The notes below the pieces were generated by a model. The model saw only the letters and a list, made by a program, of their open reading frames with translations. It did not search any database and was not told the DNA's origin. 33,069 nt of DNA from Gemmatimonadales bacterium (lineage in GTDB: Bacteria; Gemmatimonadota; Gemmatimonadetes; Gemmatimonadales; GWC2-71-9), in NCBI GenBank assembly GCA_025929805.1, contig JAICPP010000003.1, forward strand, positions 1-33,069, written 5' to 3'. The position numbers were made by a program, and so were the translations under genes. Every line of letters begins with the position of its first letter. Position 1 is the first letter of the stretch. Shown in pieces: positions 1 to 7,672 of this stretch.

Positions 1-759
1 ATCGACGCCAGCAACGGCAAGACCAAGTGGTACTACCAAACCGTGCCGCATGATGTCTGGGACCTGGACGCGGTCTCACCTCCGGTCGTTCTCAATGTGG
101 GTGGCCGGAAGGTTGTGGCGCACGCCGGCAAGACCGGCTGGCTCTATGTCCTTGATGCGGCTACCGGTAAGCTGGTCCGCAAGAGCGACAACTTCGTTCC
201 GCATGAAAACATCTTCGCGTTGCCGACTGAAAAGGGGACGCGCATGCTGCCGGGCGCCAACGGCGGCGCCGAGTGGTCTCCGATCTCGGTCGACCCCACA
301 CTGGGCTACGCCTACGTGGCCGGCTTGCATCAGCCGATGAACTACATCACCCACAACGCGCCATGGGAAAAGGGGAAGCTGTGGCTCGGGTCCGCGTTTG
401 TGGCCATCCCTGGCGAGGAGCAGTACGGACTCTTCTCCGCCATCAATCTGCGAACCGGCAAGATCGCCTGGCAGAACAAGGTGCCTCAGCCCATGATGGG
501 TGGAGCGCTCTCCACCGCCGGAGGCCTCACGTTTACCGGTGAAGGCAACGGGAACTTCAACGCCTACAGTTCGAAGACGGGGAAACTGCTCTGGCAGTTC
601 AATGGTGGCGCCGGCTGCAACTCGGCACCGATGACGTTCACCCATGGTGGGGAGCAATTCATCGCCGTGGCGTGCGGGGGCAACTTCCAGCTCAGCTACC
701 CGCTGGGCGATGCGGTCCTTGTCTTCGGGCTACCGAAGCGTGCAGCTGCAAGCCAGTAA
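1..759 (+). CDS. PQQ-dependent dehydrogenase (alcohol/methanol dehydrogenase-like beta-propeller), 5'-truncated by window edge
   Basis: Frame is open from base 1 (IDASNGKTKWYYQTVPHDVWDLDAVSP). It contains repeated PQQ beta-propeller W-motifs (LDAATGKLV, INLRTGKIAW, YSSKTGKLLW) and the C-terminal SAPMTF...QFIAVACG pattern. Confidence 0.9.
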   Translation: MDASNGKTKWYYQTVPHDVWDLDAVSPPVVLNVGGRKVVAHAGKTGWLYVLDAATGKLVRKSDNFVPHENIFALPTEKGTRMLPGANGGAEWSPISVDPTLGYAYVAGLHQPMNYITHNAPWEKGKLWLGSAFVAIPGEEQYGLFSAINLRTGKIAWQNKVPQPMMGGALSTAGGLTFTGEGNGNFNAYSSKTGKLLWQFNGGAGCNSAPMTFTHGGEQFIAVACGGNFQLSYPLGDAVLVFGLPKRAAASQ

Positions 760-765
760 ATCGGC

Positions 766-1167
766 ATGGCGGCCACCCGATGGTACTGGACGCCATTAGT
801 CATCGGCGCAGCTCTCAGCGTTGCTGGCTGGAGCCAGCAGCAGCGGGCGCCGGATTGGCTCGCGGTCGACGGGACCGATTGGCGACAGATGGATCCTGCC
901 GTCCGGATGGCCTACGTAGAGGGGTTTCTCGCCGGGGCCGCCGTGGGGCAGGCCGCCAGTGGCGCTCGGGACACGACCGCGGTCAGGGTGGCGCTCGAGA
1001 ACCTGAAGCAGAGCGGGCGGCTGCGTTTCCCCTTCGGGGCCAACGTGTATGCCAGCCGCGTGAGCGATTACTACTGGTGGAAGAACCACCTCCCCCTGCC
1101 TACCTGGTACGCTTTCCTGGAGGTGAATACGACGCTGGGTCGTCGCATATCTGATTCGGTACCTTGA
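766..1167 (+). CDS. Hypothetical exported protein
   Basis: 133-aa ORF 6 nt after the PQQ dehydrogenase stop, with an N-terminal hydrophobic signal-like segment. No family recognised. Confidence 0.7.
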   Translation: MAATRWYWTPLVIGAALSVAGWSQQQRAPDWLAVDGTDWRQMDPAVRMAYVEGFLAGAAVGQAASGARDTTAVRVALENLKQSGRLRFPFGANVYASRVSDYYWWKNHLPLPTWYAFLEVNTTLGRRISDSVP

Positions 1168-1250
1168 CGCATGATGTTGCGGGTGCACGGTTGTCGTTCT
1201 GAAGTCAGGCGGTCGTTGGCGGCCATCCTTACGATGAGGGAGACGCACCT

Positions 1251-2459
1251 ATGAAGCGAGTCGCACTGTTGTGTGTGGGTCTGGCGGTGGGAGCGGCGAG
1301 CGCTGCCGAGGCACAGCTGACGATGCAGATGAGCAACGGCTGGTCTTTCACGTTCTCCGGCAACGTGAACGCGTTCGCGATTTACGAGTCACAGGACGAG
1401 GAAGGCGGCACACTGGGGGCCCCGGGCGGGCTCATCGGTATCGGCGGGAAAGGATTCAGCATCCGCACCGGCCTGCTCCCGGCGTTCGCGGTATTCGATG
1501 CCAAAGGGAAAGAAGGGAACACCGACCTCGGCGTGCACTTCGGGTTTGCGCCTCAGATTCAGTGCGGTGGCCAGGCGCACGACTGTTTTGGCGCCAACAT
1601 CGACATGAGGCAGGTGTACCTCACCCTCGGCGGCACCTGGGGCCAGATTCTGGCCGGCCGCGAGATCGGGCTCTTCAACCGGCAGAACATCCTGACCGAC
1701 CAGACTTTGTTCGGTGTCGGCGCCACCGGCGGCATCAACGGCGGCGGAACGACGCTCGGGCGCATCGGGTTCGGCTATATCTACCCTAATTTCGTTGCGC
1801 AGTTGACCTACTCCACGCCTGCCGGAAGACCGGGACAGCTCTCGATCGGTGTGTTTCAACCGGCATCGCTCGCCAGCGACGCCGGAGTGGCGTACGACGA
1901 GACGCAGATTCCTCGACTTGAGGCGGAAGGAACGTACAAGACGGGTGATGTCATGGTGTGGGTGAATGGCACAGTACAGAACGCCAAGAACACAGCGCTG
2001 GATGAATCCAAGACTGCGGCAGGCGCAGGCGGCGGTTTCCGTTTCGGCCGGACCACATTCTCCCTTACGGGCTCTGGCTATTGGGGCAAGGGCATTGGAA
2101 CGACACTGCAGTTCAATGGAGTCAACTCGGGGACTGGCGGCGTGCTTGATGGCCTCGGAGTCGGGGCAGATGGTGAGCTGCGTGATTCGTACGGGTTCAT
2201 CGGGCAGGTGACCTTCACCCCGGCCAACAGCAAGCTGACGGTCGCCGGCAGCTACGGCTCGAGTTACCTCCAGGCCACCGACGGTGAACCGGATTTCAAG
2301 ACCGAGAACACGCTGATTTCCGGCGGTATTTACTACCAGGCCACCAAGTCACTCAAGGTCGTCGGCGAGGGCAACTTCGCCTGGACCAAGGAGTCAGTCG
2401 CTGATCCGGAGAAGAACCAGACCTTCGCCCCGGCGTTCGGGTTCATGCTGTTCTTCTAA
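1251..2459 (+). CDS. Gram-negative outer-membrane porin
   Basis: SD-like GAGGGGAG, signal peptide ending AEA, alternating amphipathic beta-strands, porin-like RQVYLTLGGTWGQILAGR motif and C-terminal Phe. Confidence 0.85.
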   Translation: MKRVALLCVGLAVGAASAAEAQLTMQMSNGWSFTFSGNVNAFAIYESQDEEGGTLGAPGGLIGIGGKGFSIRTGLLPAFAVFDAKGKEGNTDLGVHFGFAPQIQCGGQAHDCFGANIDMRQVYLTLGGTWGQILAGREIGLFNRQNILTDQTLFGVGATGGINGGGTTLGRIGFGYIYPNFVAQLTYSTPAGRPGQLSIGVFQPASLASDAGVAYDETQIPRLEAEGTYKTGDVMVWVNGTVQNAKNTALDESKTAAGAGGGFRFGRTTFSLTGSGYWGKGIGTTLQFNGVNSGTGGVLDGLGVGADGELRDSYGFIGQVTFTPANSKLTVAGSYGSSYLQATDGEPDFKTENTLISGGIYYQATKSLKVVGEGNFAWTKESVADPEKNQTFAPAFGFMLFF

Positions 2460-2481
2460 CCATAGGAGACCAGGTCATTTG

Positions 2482-2515
2482 ACAGCGGCCCCCCTCGGGG
2501 GCCGCTGTTCTTTTT
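2482..2515 (+). terminator. Rho-independent terminator after porin
   Basis: Stem ACAGCGGCCCC/GGGGCCGCTGT followed by TCTTTTT. Confidence 0.9.
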
Positions 2516-2569
2516 CGGACTAGTGACCTCGTTACATTACCGCCACCTCAACCACCGTGGAGCGGCTCG

Positions 2570-2983
2570 ATGTTTTACCGTCTGGTACTGGGTGGCACCC
2601 TCCTCCTCTCGGCTTGTGCTCAGCGATACTCCGCGCCCGCCAACATTCAAACTTCAGCGGCCCCTGAGGAAGTGTTCGCCTGCATCAGGCGCCAAATGCC
2701 GACCCTCGGATACAAGCAAACCTCCATCGACGTGGACGAGCGTCGGGTCAGCGGGACCAAACTCGACCTGGAGTCCCGCAGGCCAGACACCCAATTCCGC
2801 CGCATGCTTAACCGACTGGAGGTCGAAGTAGCGCCGGAGGCCAATGGGCAGACCAGCATCGCGGTGGAGGCCCGCACGTTCGCCGAATACACCACTCAGC
2901 GTGGCCCCACGGAAGTGGAAGAGAAGCCCTCGGAGGAAGTGAAGAACGCTTCGCGTCAGCTGCTGGAGCGCTGTCGCGGGTAG
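2570..2983 (+). CDS. Hypothetical lipoprotein
   Basis: GGAG SD, hydrophobic leader with lipobox LSAC, 137 aa. Confidence 0.75.
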   Translation: MFYRLVLGGTLLLSACAQRYSAPANIQTSAAPEEVFACIRRQMPTLGYKQTSIDVDERRVSGTKLDLESRRPDTQFRRMLNRLEVEVAPEANGQTSIAVEARTFAEYTTQRGPTEVEEKPSEEVKNASRQLLERCRG

Positions 2984-3058
2984 CTCGGGGCAAGCCGCCC
3001 CTGCTAGCTTCCAGCTCAGCGTGGTCGCGAGCTTGCGACACCCCCTAAGGAGAGTGCG

Positions 3059-4078
3059 GTGGCTGTTCCGTTGGTCCAACTGACGCGGTTCGCTCCGGAT
3101 TCCGGCCTGGCGGACACCAAGCCGGTGCCCGGAGGGCCTCCCCGCAAGCCCAGCTGGCTGAAGGTGAAGGCTCCCGGTGGGCCTAATTACACCCAGCTGA
3201 AGACGCTGATGCGGGAGCTGGAGCTTCACACCGTCTGCGAAGAAGCCCGTTGTCCGAACGTAGGCGAGTGCTGGGAGCACAAGGCAGCCACCTTCATGAT
3301 TCTGGGCGACGTGTGCACCCGCAACTGCACCTACTGCGCGGTAGCCCACGGCACTCCCAAGGCATTCGATCCACTGGAACCGGTCCGACTGGCCGAAGCG
3401 GTGGCTCGTATGGGCCTGCAGCACGTCGTGATCACCTCCGTCGACCGGGACGACCTGCCCAACGGCGGCGCCGAGGCGTTTGCCGGCTGCATCAGAGAGA
3501 TTCGGCAGCGACTTCCGGAGAGCTCGGTCGAGGTGCTGATCCCTGATTTCAAAGGGTCTGAGCGCGCCCTCGCAATCGTGATGGAGGAGCGGCCCGACAT
3601 CCTCAACCACAACCTGGAAACAGCGGAGCGATTGTACCCACTGGCCCGTCCCGGCGGACGTTACCGGCGGGCACTCGAGCTGCTCGCCAACGCTCGGAGA
3701 ATGGTGCCGGGCGGTTTGACCAAGTCCGGTGTCATTCTGGGTATGGGTGAGGAGTGGGACGAGGTGATCGTCTGCCTGCGGGATCTACGACGCAGCGATG
3801 TCAACGTCCTGACCTTGGGCCAGTACCTGCGCCCCTCGGCCAGACACATGCCCGTCGCCCGCTACTACACCCCGGAGGAGTTCGCCGAGCTTCGAGAAAT
3901 CGGGCTCGCCATGGGCTTCTCTCATGTGCAATCGAGTCCCCTTACCCGCTCTTCCTACCACGCCTGGGAGCAAGTGACCTCCGCGCGAGCGGAGGTCATC
4001 CCGAGTCCTTCCCTCGAGCGTCGCGAGGGGAAGGCGAGAGACCTCCCAGTACACCGGCGGAGCAGCACCAGTGGCTGA
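3059..4078 (+). CDS. lipA: Lipoyl synthase (radical SAM)
   Basis: CEEARCPNVGEC (CX4CX5C), CTRNCTYC (CX3CX2C) and RSSY motifs, with an AAGGAG SD. The C-terminus is extended through a palindromic element. Confidence 0.97.
   Translation: MAVPLVQLTRFAPDSGLADTKPVPGGPPRKPSWLKVKAPGGPNYTQLKTLMRELELHTVCEEARCPNVGECWEHKAATFMILGDVCTRNCTYCAVAHGTPKAFDPLEPVRLAEAVARMGLQHVVITSVDRDDLPNGGAEAFAGCIREIRQRLPESSVEVLIPDFKGSERALAIVMEERPDILNHNLETAERLYPLARPGGRYRRALELLANARRMVPGGLTKSGVILGMGEEWDEVIVCLRDLRRSDVNVLTLGQYLRPSARHMPVARYYTPEEFAELREIGLAMGFSHVQSSPLTRSSYHAWEQVTSARAEVIPSPSLERREGKARDLPVHRRSSTSG
3975..4046. repeat. REP-like palindromic element within lipA 3' end
   Basis: TGACCTCCGC-GCGA-GCGGAGGTCA perfect hairpin (3975-3998), CCTTCCCTCG/CGAGGGGAAGG stem, and GACCTCC repeated at 4040-4046. 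Confidence 0.65.
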
Positions 4079-5102
4079 ATCCACCGCCGCTCGACCCAAA
4101 GCCAAGCCCAAAGGTTTGGATCCAGCCCGGGCCGAGCAGTACCGTCAGTGGCTACGGCAGATGCTCCTGATCCGCCGGTTCGAAGAAAAGGCCGGCGAGG
4201 CGTACAGCCTGGGTAAGATCGGCGGGTTCTGCCACCTCTACATCGGCCAGGAAGCGGTGGCAGTGGGTAGCCTGGGGGCGCTTGACCCGGACGATTACAT
4301 CACCTGCTCTTACCGGGAGCATGGCCATGCCCTGGCCCGTGGCATTTCCGCGCGAGCAGTCATGGCCGAGCTGTTCGGGAAGGCAACCGGCTGCTCCGGC
4401 GGGAAGGGCGGCTCGATGCATCTATTCGATGCTTCCCTGGGATTCCTCGGCGGGCATGCGATTGTGGGGGCGCACATACCCATCGCGACCGGTATGGCCT
4501 TCGCAATCAAGTACCGCAACACTAGTCAGGTTGCGGTCTGCTACTTCGGTGAAGCCGCGGTGAACAACGGCGCCTTTCACGAGGCGTTGAACATGGCGGC
4601 GCTGTGGAAGCTTCCAGTCATTTATCTGTGCGAGAACAACCGCTATGGCATGGGAACGGCGTTGGAGCGCGCCAGCGCCCTCTACGACATCTCGGAGCGA
4701 GCCTGCTCCTACGATATGGCGAATGAAGTCGTGGACGGACAAGAAGTCCTGACCATGAATGCCGCCATGGAGCGAGCTGTCCAGCGCGCGCGCACCGAGA
4801 AGCTTCCGACCCTGCTGGAAGTCAGAACCTATCGCTTCATGGGCCACTCCATGTCGGATCCGATCCATGGTCATTATCGGACCCGGGAAGAGGTAGAAGA
4901 TCAGCGCAAGCGCGACCCGATCGCGGTCTGGTCTCAACGCCTGATCGCGGACGGGCTGATGGATGAGGCCGCCGTGCGAAGCATGGACAAGGATGTCATG
5001 GAAGAAGTGGAAGACGCGTATCAGTACGCGGATGAGTCACCCGAGCCGGAACTGGATCAGTTGTACACGGATGTGTACGCGGAGGAAGAACGTAAAGAGT
5101 AA
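4071..5102 (+). CDS. pdhA: Pyruvate dehydrogenase E1 alpha subunit
   Basis: IGGFCHLYIGQEA, GKGGSMH, TPP motif GEAAVNNG...ENN, and TYRFMGHSMSDP. Confidence 0.96.
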   Translation: MAESTAARPKAKPKGLDPARAEQYRQWLRQMLLIRRFEEKAGEAYSLGKIGGFCHLYIGQEAVAVGSLGALDPDDYITCSYREHGHALARGISARAVMAELFGKATGCSGGKGGSMHLFDASLGFLGGHAIVGAHIPIATGMAFAIKYRNTSQVAVCYFGEAAVNNGAFHEALNMAALWKLPVIYLCENNRYGMGTALERASALYDISERACSYDMANEVVDGQEVLTMNAAMERAVQRARTEKLPTLLEVRTYRFMGHSMSDPIHGHYRTREEVEDQRKRDPIAVWSQRLIADGLMDEAAVRSMDKDVMEEVEDAYQYADESPEPELDQLYTDVYAEEERKE

Positions 5103-5161
5103 ACGGTGAACAGTAAACGGGCCCGTCGTCACCCGTTCACCGTTTACTGTTGACTGTTCAC
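5092..5161. repeat. Heptamer periodic inverted repeat (GTRAACR family) at pdhA/pdhB junction
   Basis: Left arm GTAAAGA GTAAACG GTGAACA GTAAACG; right arm CGTTCAC CGTTTAC TGTTGAC TGTTCAC. Confidence 0.85.
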
Positions 5162-5174
5162 GTCTTACTTGTCT

Positions 5175-6155
5175 ATGCCAACTCTGACCTACCGTGACGC
5201 GCTCAATCAGGCGCTCCGCGAGGAGATGCAGCGGGACGATACTGTCTTCCTCATGGGGGAAGAGGTCGGGGTTTACCAGGGCGCCTACAAGGTCAGTCGG
5301 GGATTGCTCGATGAGTTCGGACCCATGCGGGTTGTGGATACCCCGATCACCGAACTGGGGTTTGCCGGAGTAGGGGTGGGCGCAGCCATGGTGGGATTGC
5401 GCCCGGTGATTGAGTTCATGACCTGGAACTTTGCTTTGCTCGCCGTGGACCAGCTGGTGAACTCCGCGGCCAAAATGCGTTACATGTCGAACGGTCAGGT
5501 AGGGGTGCCAGCCGTTTTCCGCGGACCGGGAGGCGCTGCGCTACAGCTCGCGGCCCAGCACTCCCAGGCGTTTGAAAGCTGGTACGCTCACATCCCCGGC
5601 CTCAAAGTGGTCACGCCGGCCACACCCGCCGATGCCAAGGGCCTGCTCAAGAGCGCCATTCGGGACGACAACCCGGTCGTCTTCATCGAAGGCGAGATGC
5701 TATACAACACCAAAGGCGAAGTTCCTGATGGAGAGCACGTCGTTCCGCTGGGCCGGGCCGACATAAAGAGAGAAGGCGCTGATGTTACCCTGGTCTGCCA
5801 CTCCAAGACGGTGAGCGTAGCGCTCAAGGCAGCCGAGCAGCTGGCCAGCAATGGCGTCAACCCGGAGGTCGTGGATCTCCGCACCATCCGTCCGCTCGAC
5901 GTGGATGCAATCCTCAACTCGGTGGCCAAGACCCATCGCTGCGTGGTGGTGGAGGAAGGCTGGCCGTTCGCCGGAATCGGCGCGCAGGTAGTAGATCACA
6001 TTCAACGAGAGGCGTTCGACGAACTGGATGCGCCGGTTCTAAGGGTTACCGGAGCCGACGTGCCGATGCCGTACAACAAGCAGCTGGAGCGGGCAGCCAA
6101 GGCTGACCCGGAAAAGATCGTCGCCGCCGTGAATCAGGTACTGTATCGGGAGTGA
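5175..6155 (+). CDS. pdhB: Pyruvate dehydrogenase E1 beta subunit
   Basis: GEEVGVYQGAYKVS, DTPITE, EFMTWNF and AAQHSQ motifs. ATG at 5175 (alternative TTG at 5169). Confidence 0.96.
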   Translation: MPTLTYRDALNQALREEMQRDDTVFLMGEEVGVYQGAYKVSRGLLDEFGPMRVVDTPITELGFAGVGVGAAMVGLRPVIEFMTWNFALLAVDQLVNSAAKMRYMSNGQVGVPAVFRGPGGAALQLAAQHSQAFESWYAHIPGLKVVTPATPADAKGLLKSAIRDDNPVVFIEGEMLYNTKGEVPDGEHVVPLGRADIKREGADVTLVCHSKTVSVALKAAEQLASNGVNPEVVDLRTIRPLDVDAILNSVAKTHRCVVVEEGWPFAGIGAQVVDHIQREAFDELDAPVLRVTGADVPMPYNKQLERAAKADPEKIVAAVNQVLYRE

Positions 6156-6242
6156 GTCGCGAGTCTCGAGTCGTGAGTCACAACAGAGCCATTCTTCTCC
6201 AGCCTATGACTCGTGACCCATGACTCGCGACATGTGACTTAA
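6152..6242. repeat. Heptamer periodic inverted repeat (NNGAGTC family) at pdhB/pdhC junction
   Basis: Left arm GTGAGTC GCGAGTC TCGAGTC GTGAGTC; right arm GACTCGT GACCCAT GACTCGC GACATGT GACTTAA. Confidence 0.85.
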
Positions 6243-6253
6243 CGAAAGGACGT

Positions 6254-7573
6254 ATGGCTACCAAAGTCGTCATGGAAGCCCTCTCGCCCACCATGGAAGA
6301 AGGCCGCCTGGTCGAATGGAAAAAGCAGGAAGGCGAGGCGGTAGCGGTGGGGGACGTGCTGGCCGAAGTGGAGACCGACAAGGCCGTCATGGAGCTGGTG
6401 GCGCGCGCCGGCGGGACGCTGCTGAAGCACATCGTCGAGGCCGGTTCGACGGTGCCCGTCTCCGAGCCGGTCGCGGTCATAGGAGAGCCGGGAGAGGACG
6501 GCGCGGAGGATGGAAAGCGGGGCGGCGGGGCAGCGGGGACGTCCGAAAGGGCCGAGCAACAGGCGACTCAGCCCGCACCAGGGCACAACCAGCCAGCCTC
6601 GATGCCGCCGGCCCCGCCGGCTCGGGCCGCGACCGAGAGCAGACCCTTGACACCTCGGTCCACCGGGGGTCGAGCAAAAGCATCACCGCTCGCACGGCGG
6701 ATAGCAGCCGAGCGGGGGCTTGATCTCAGTATGGTAGCGGGATCGGGACCCGAGGGAAGAGTGGTGGCCCGGGATCTCGAGCATGCTGCCGAGCCGGTCT
6801 CGACGCGTCCGAGCTTCGCGCCTGCGCCGCCTGCGCGTCCTCTGCGTACTTCAGCCGACCAGGCCTATACCGATGTTCCGCTGACCCAGATCCGCAAGAC
6901 CATCGCAAAGCGGCTCGCTCAGTCGCTGGGACCCATTCCCACGTTCTATCTCACCACTGAGGTGGACATGGAGCGGGTCTGGGAGGCACGAGAGGCGATG
7001 CTGCGGAGTCTGCCCCAGCAAGGAGGCGACGAGGCACCGGGGCAGGAGAGCAAGGTTTCCTTCAATGACATCATCATCAAGGCCGTAGCGATGGCGCTTC
7101 GGAAGCACCCTTCCTGCAACGCCTGGTGGCAGGACGACCACATCCGGTACTGGAATGAGGTGCATGTGAGCATGGCCGTTGCCGTGGAAGAGGGCCTGAT
7201 CACTCCAGTGATCCGGAACACCGACCAGAAAGGGCTGCGTGAGATCGCGGCGGAGACACAGGACCTGGCAAGCCGGGCTCGAGAGCGGCGCCTTCGTCCG
7301 GAGGAGTACACCGGCGGAACCTTTTCGGTCTCCAATCTAGGCATGCTCGACATCGACGAGTTCACCGCCGTCATCAACCCGCCCGAGGCCGGTATTCTGG
7401 CGGTGGGCCGCATCGCTCAGAAGCCGGTCGTTCACGAGGAGGCCATTGCCTTGCGGCGCCGGCTGCGGCTTACCATGTCCTGTGATCACCGGGTAATCGA
7501 CGGGGCGACTGGAGCCCAGTTCCTCAAGACCCTGAAGCAAATGCTGGAAAATCCGTTGGCGCTTGTTTGGTGA
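6254..7573 (+). CDS. pdhC: Dihydrolipoamide acetyltransferase (PDH E2), single lipoyl domain
   Basis: Lipoyl motif ETDKA, E3-binding ASPLARRIA...GSGPEGRV and catalytic DHRVIDG. AAAGGA SD. Confidence 0.96.
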   Translation: MATKVVMEALSPTMEEGRLVEWKKQEGEAVAVGDVLAEVETDKAVMELVARAGGTLLKHIVEAGSTVPVSEPVAVIGEPGEDGAEDGKRGGGAAGTSERAEQQATQPAPGHNQPASMPPAPPARAATESRPLTPRSTGGRAKASPLARRIAAERGLDLSMVAGSGPEGRVVARDLEHAAEPVSTRPSFAPAPPARPLRTSADQAYTDVPLTQIRKTIAKRLAQSLGPIPTFYLTTEVDMERVWEAREAMLRSLPQQGGDEAPGQESKVSFNDIIIKAVAMALRKHPSCNAWWQDDHIRYWNEVHVSMAVAVEEGLITPVIRNTDQKGLREIAAETQDLASRARERRLRPEEYTGGTFSVSNLGMLDIDEFTAVINPPEAGILAVGRIAQKPVVHEEAIALRRRLRLTMSCDHRVIDGATGAQFLKTLKQMLENPLALVW

Positions 7574-7575
7574 CA

Positions 7576-7649
7576 GCGTGAACGGGGTAAACAGTGAATG
7601 GGACGGCTGCCTTGCCGCCCCGTTTACCGTTCACCGTTACCGTTCACGC
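7576..7649. repeat. Heptamer periodic inverted repeat (GTRAACR family) at pdhC/lpdA junction
   Basis: Left arm GTGAACG gg GTAAACA GTGAATG; right arm CGTTTAC CGTTCAC CGTTAC CGTTCAC. Confidence 0.85.
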
Positions 7650-7672
7650 TTTTCCACAATCACGAGGAAGAC

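Noticed and set aside
5092-7649. CRISPR array
   Set aside because: Units are 7 nt, degenerate and inverted, with no unique spacers of constant length and no cas genes.
7598-7672. N-terminal extension of lpdA in the ORF track (similar extensions for lipB 9127, hisIE 14920, accA 19192, ricT 19635, waaA 28654)
   Set aside because: The extensions run through repeats, upstream genes or promoters. Downstream starts with SD or stop/start overlap fit the family N-termini.
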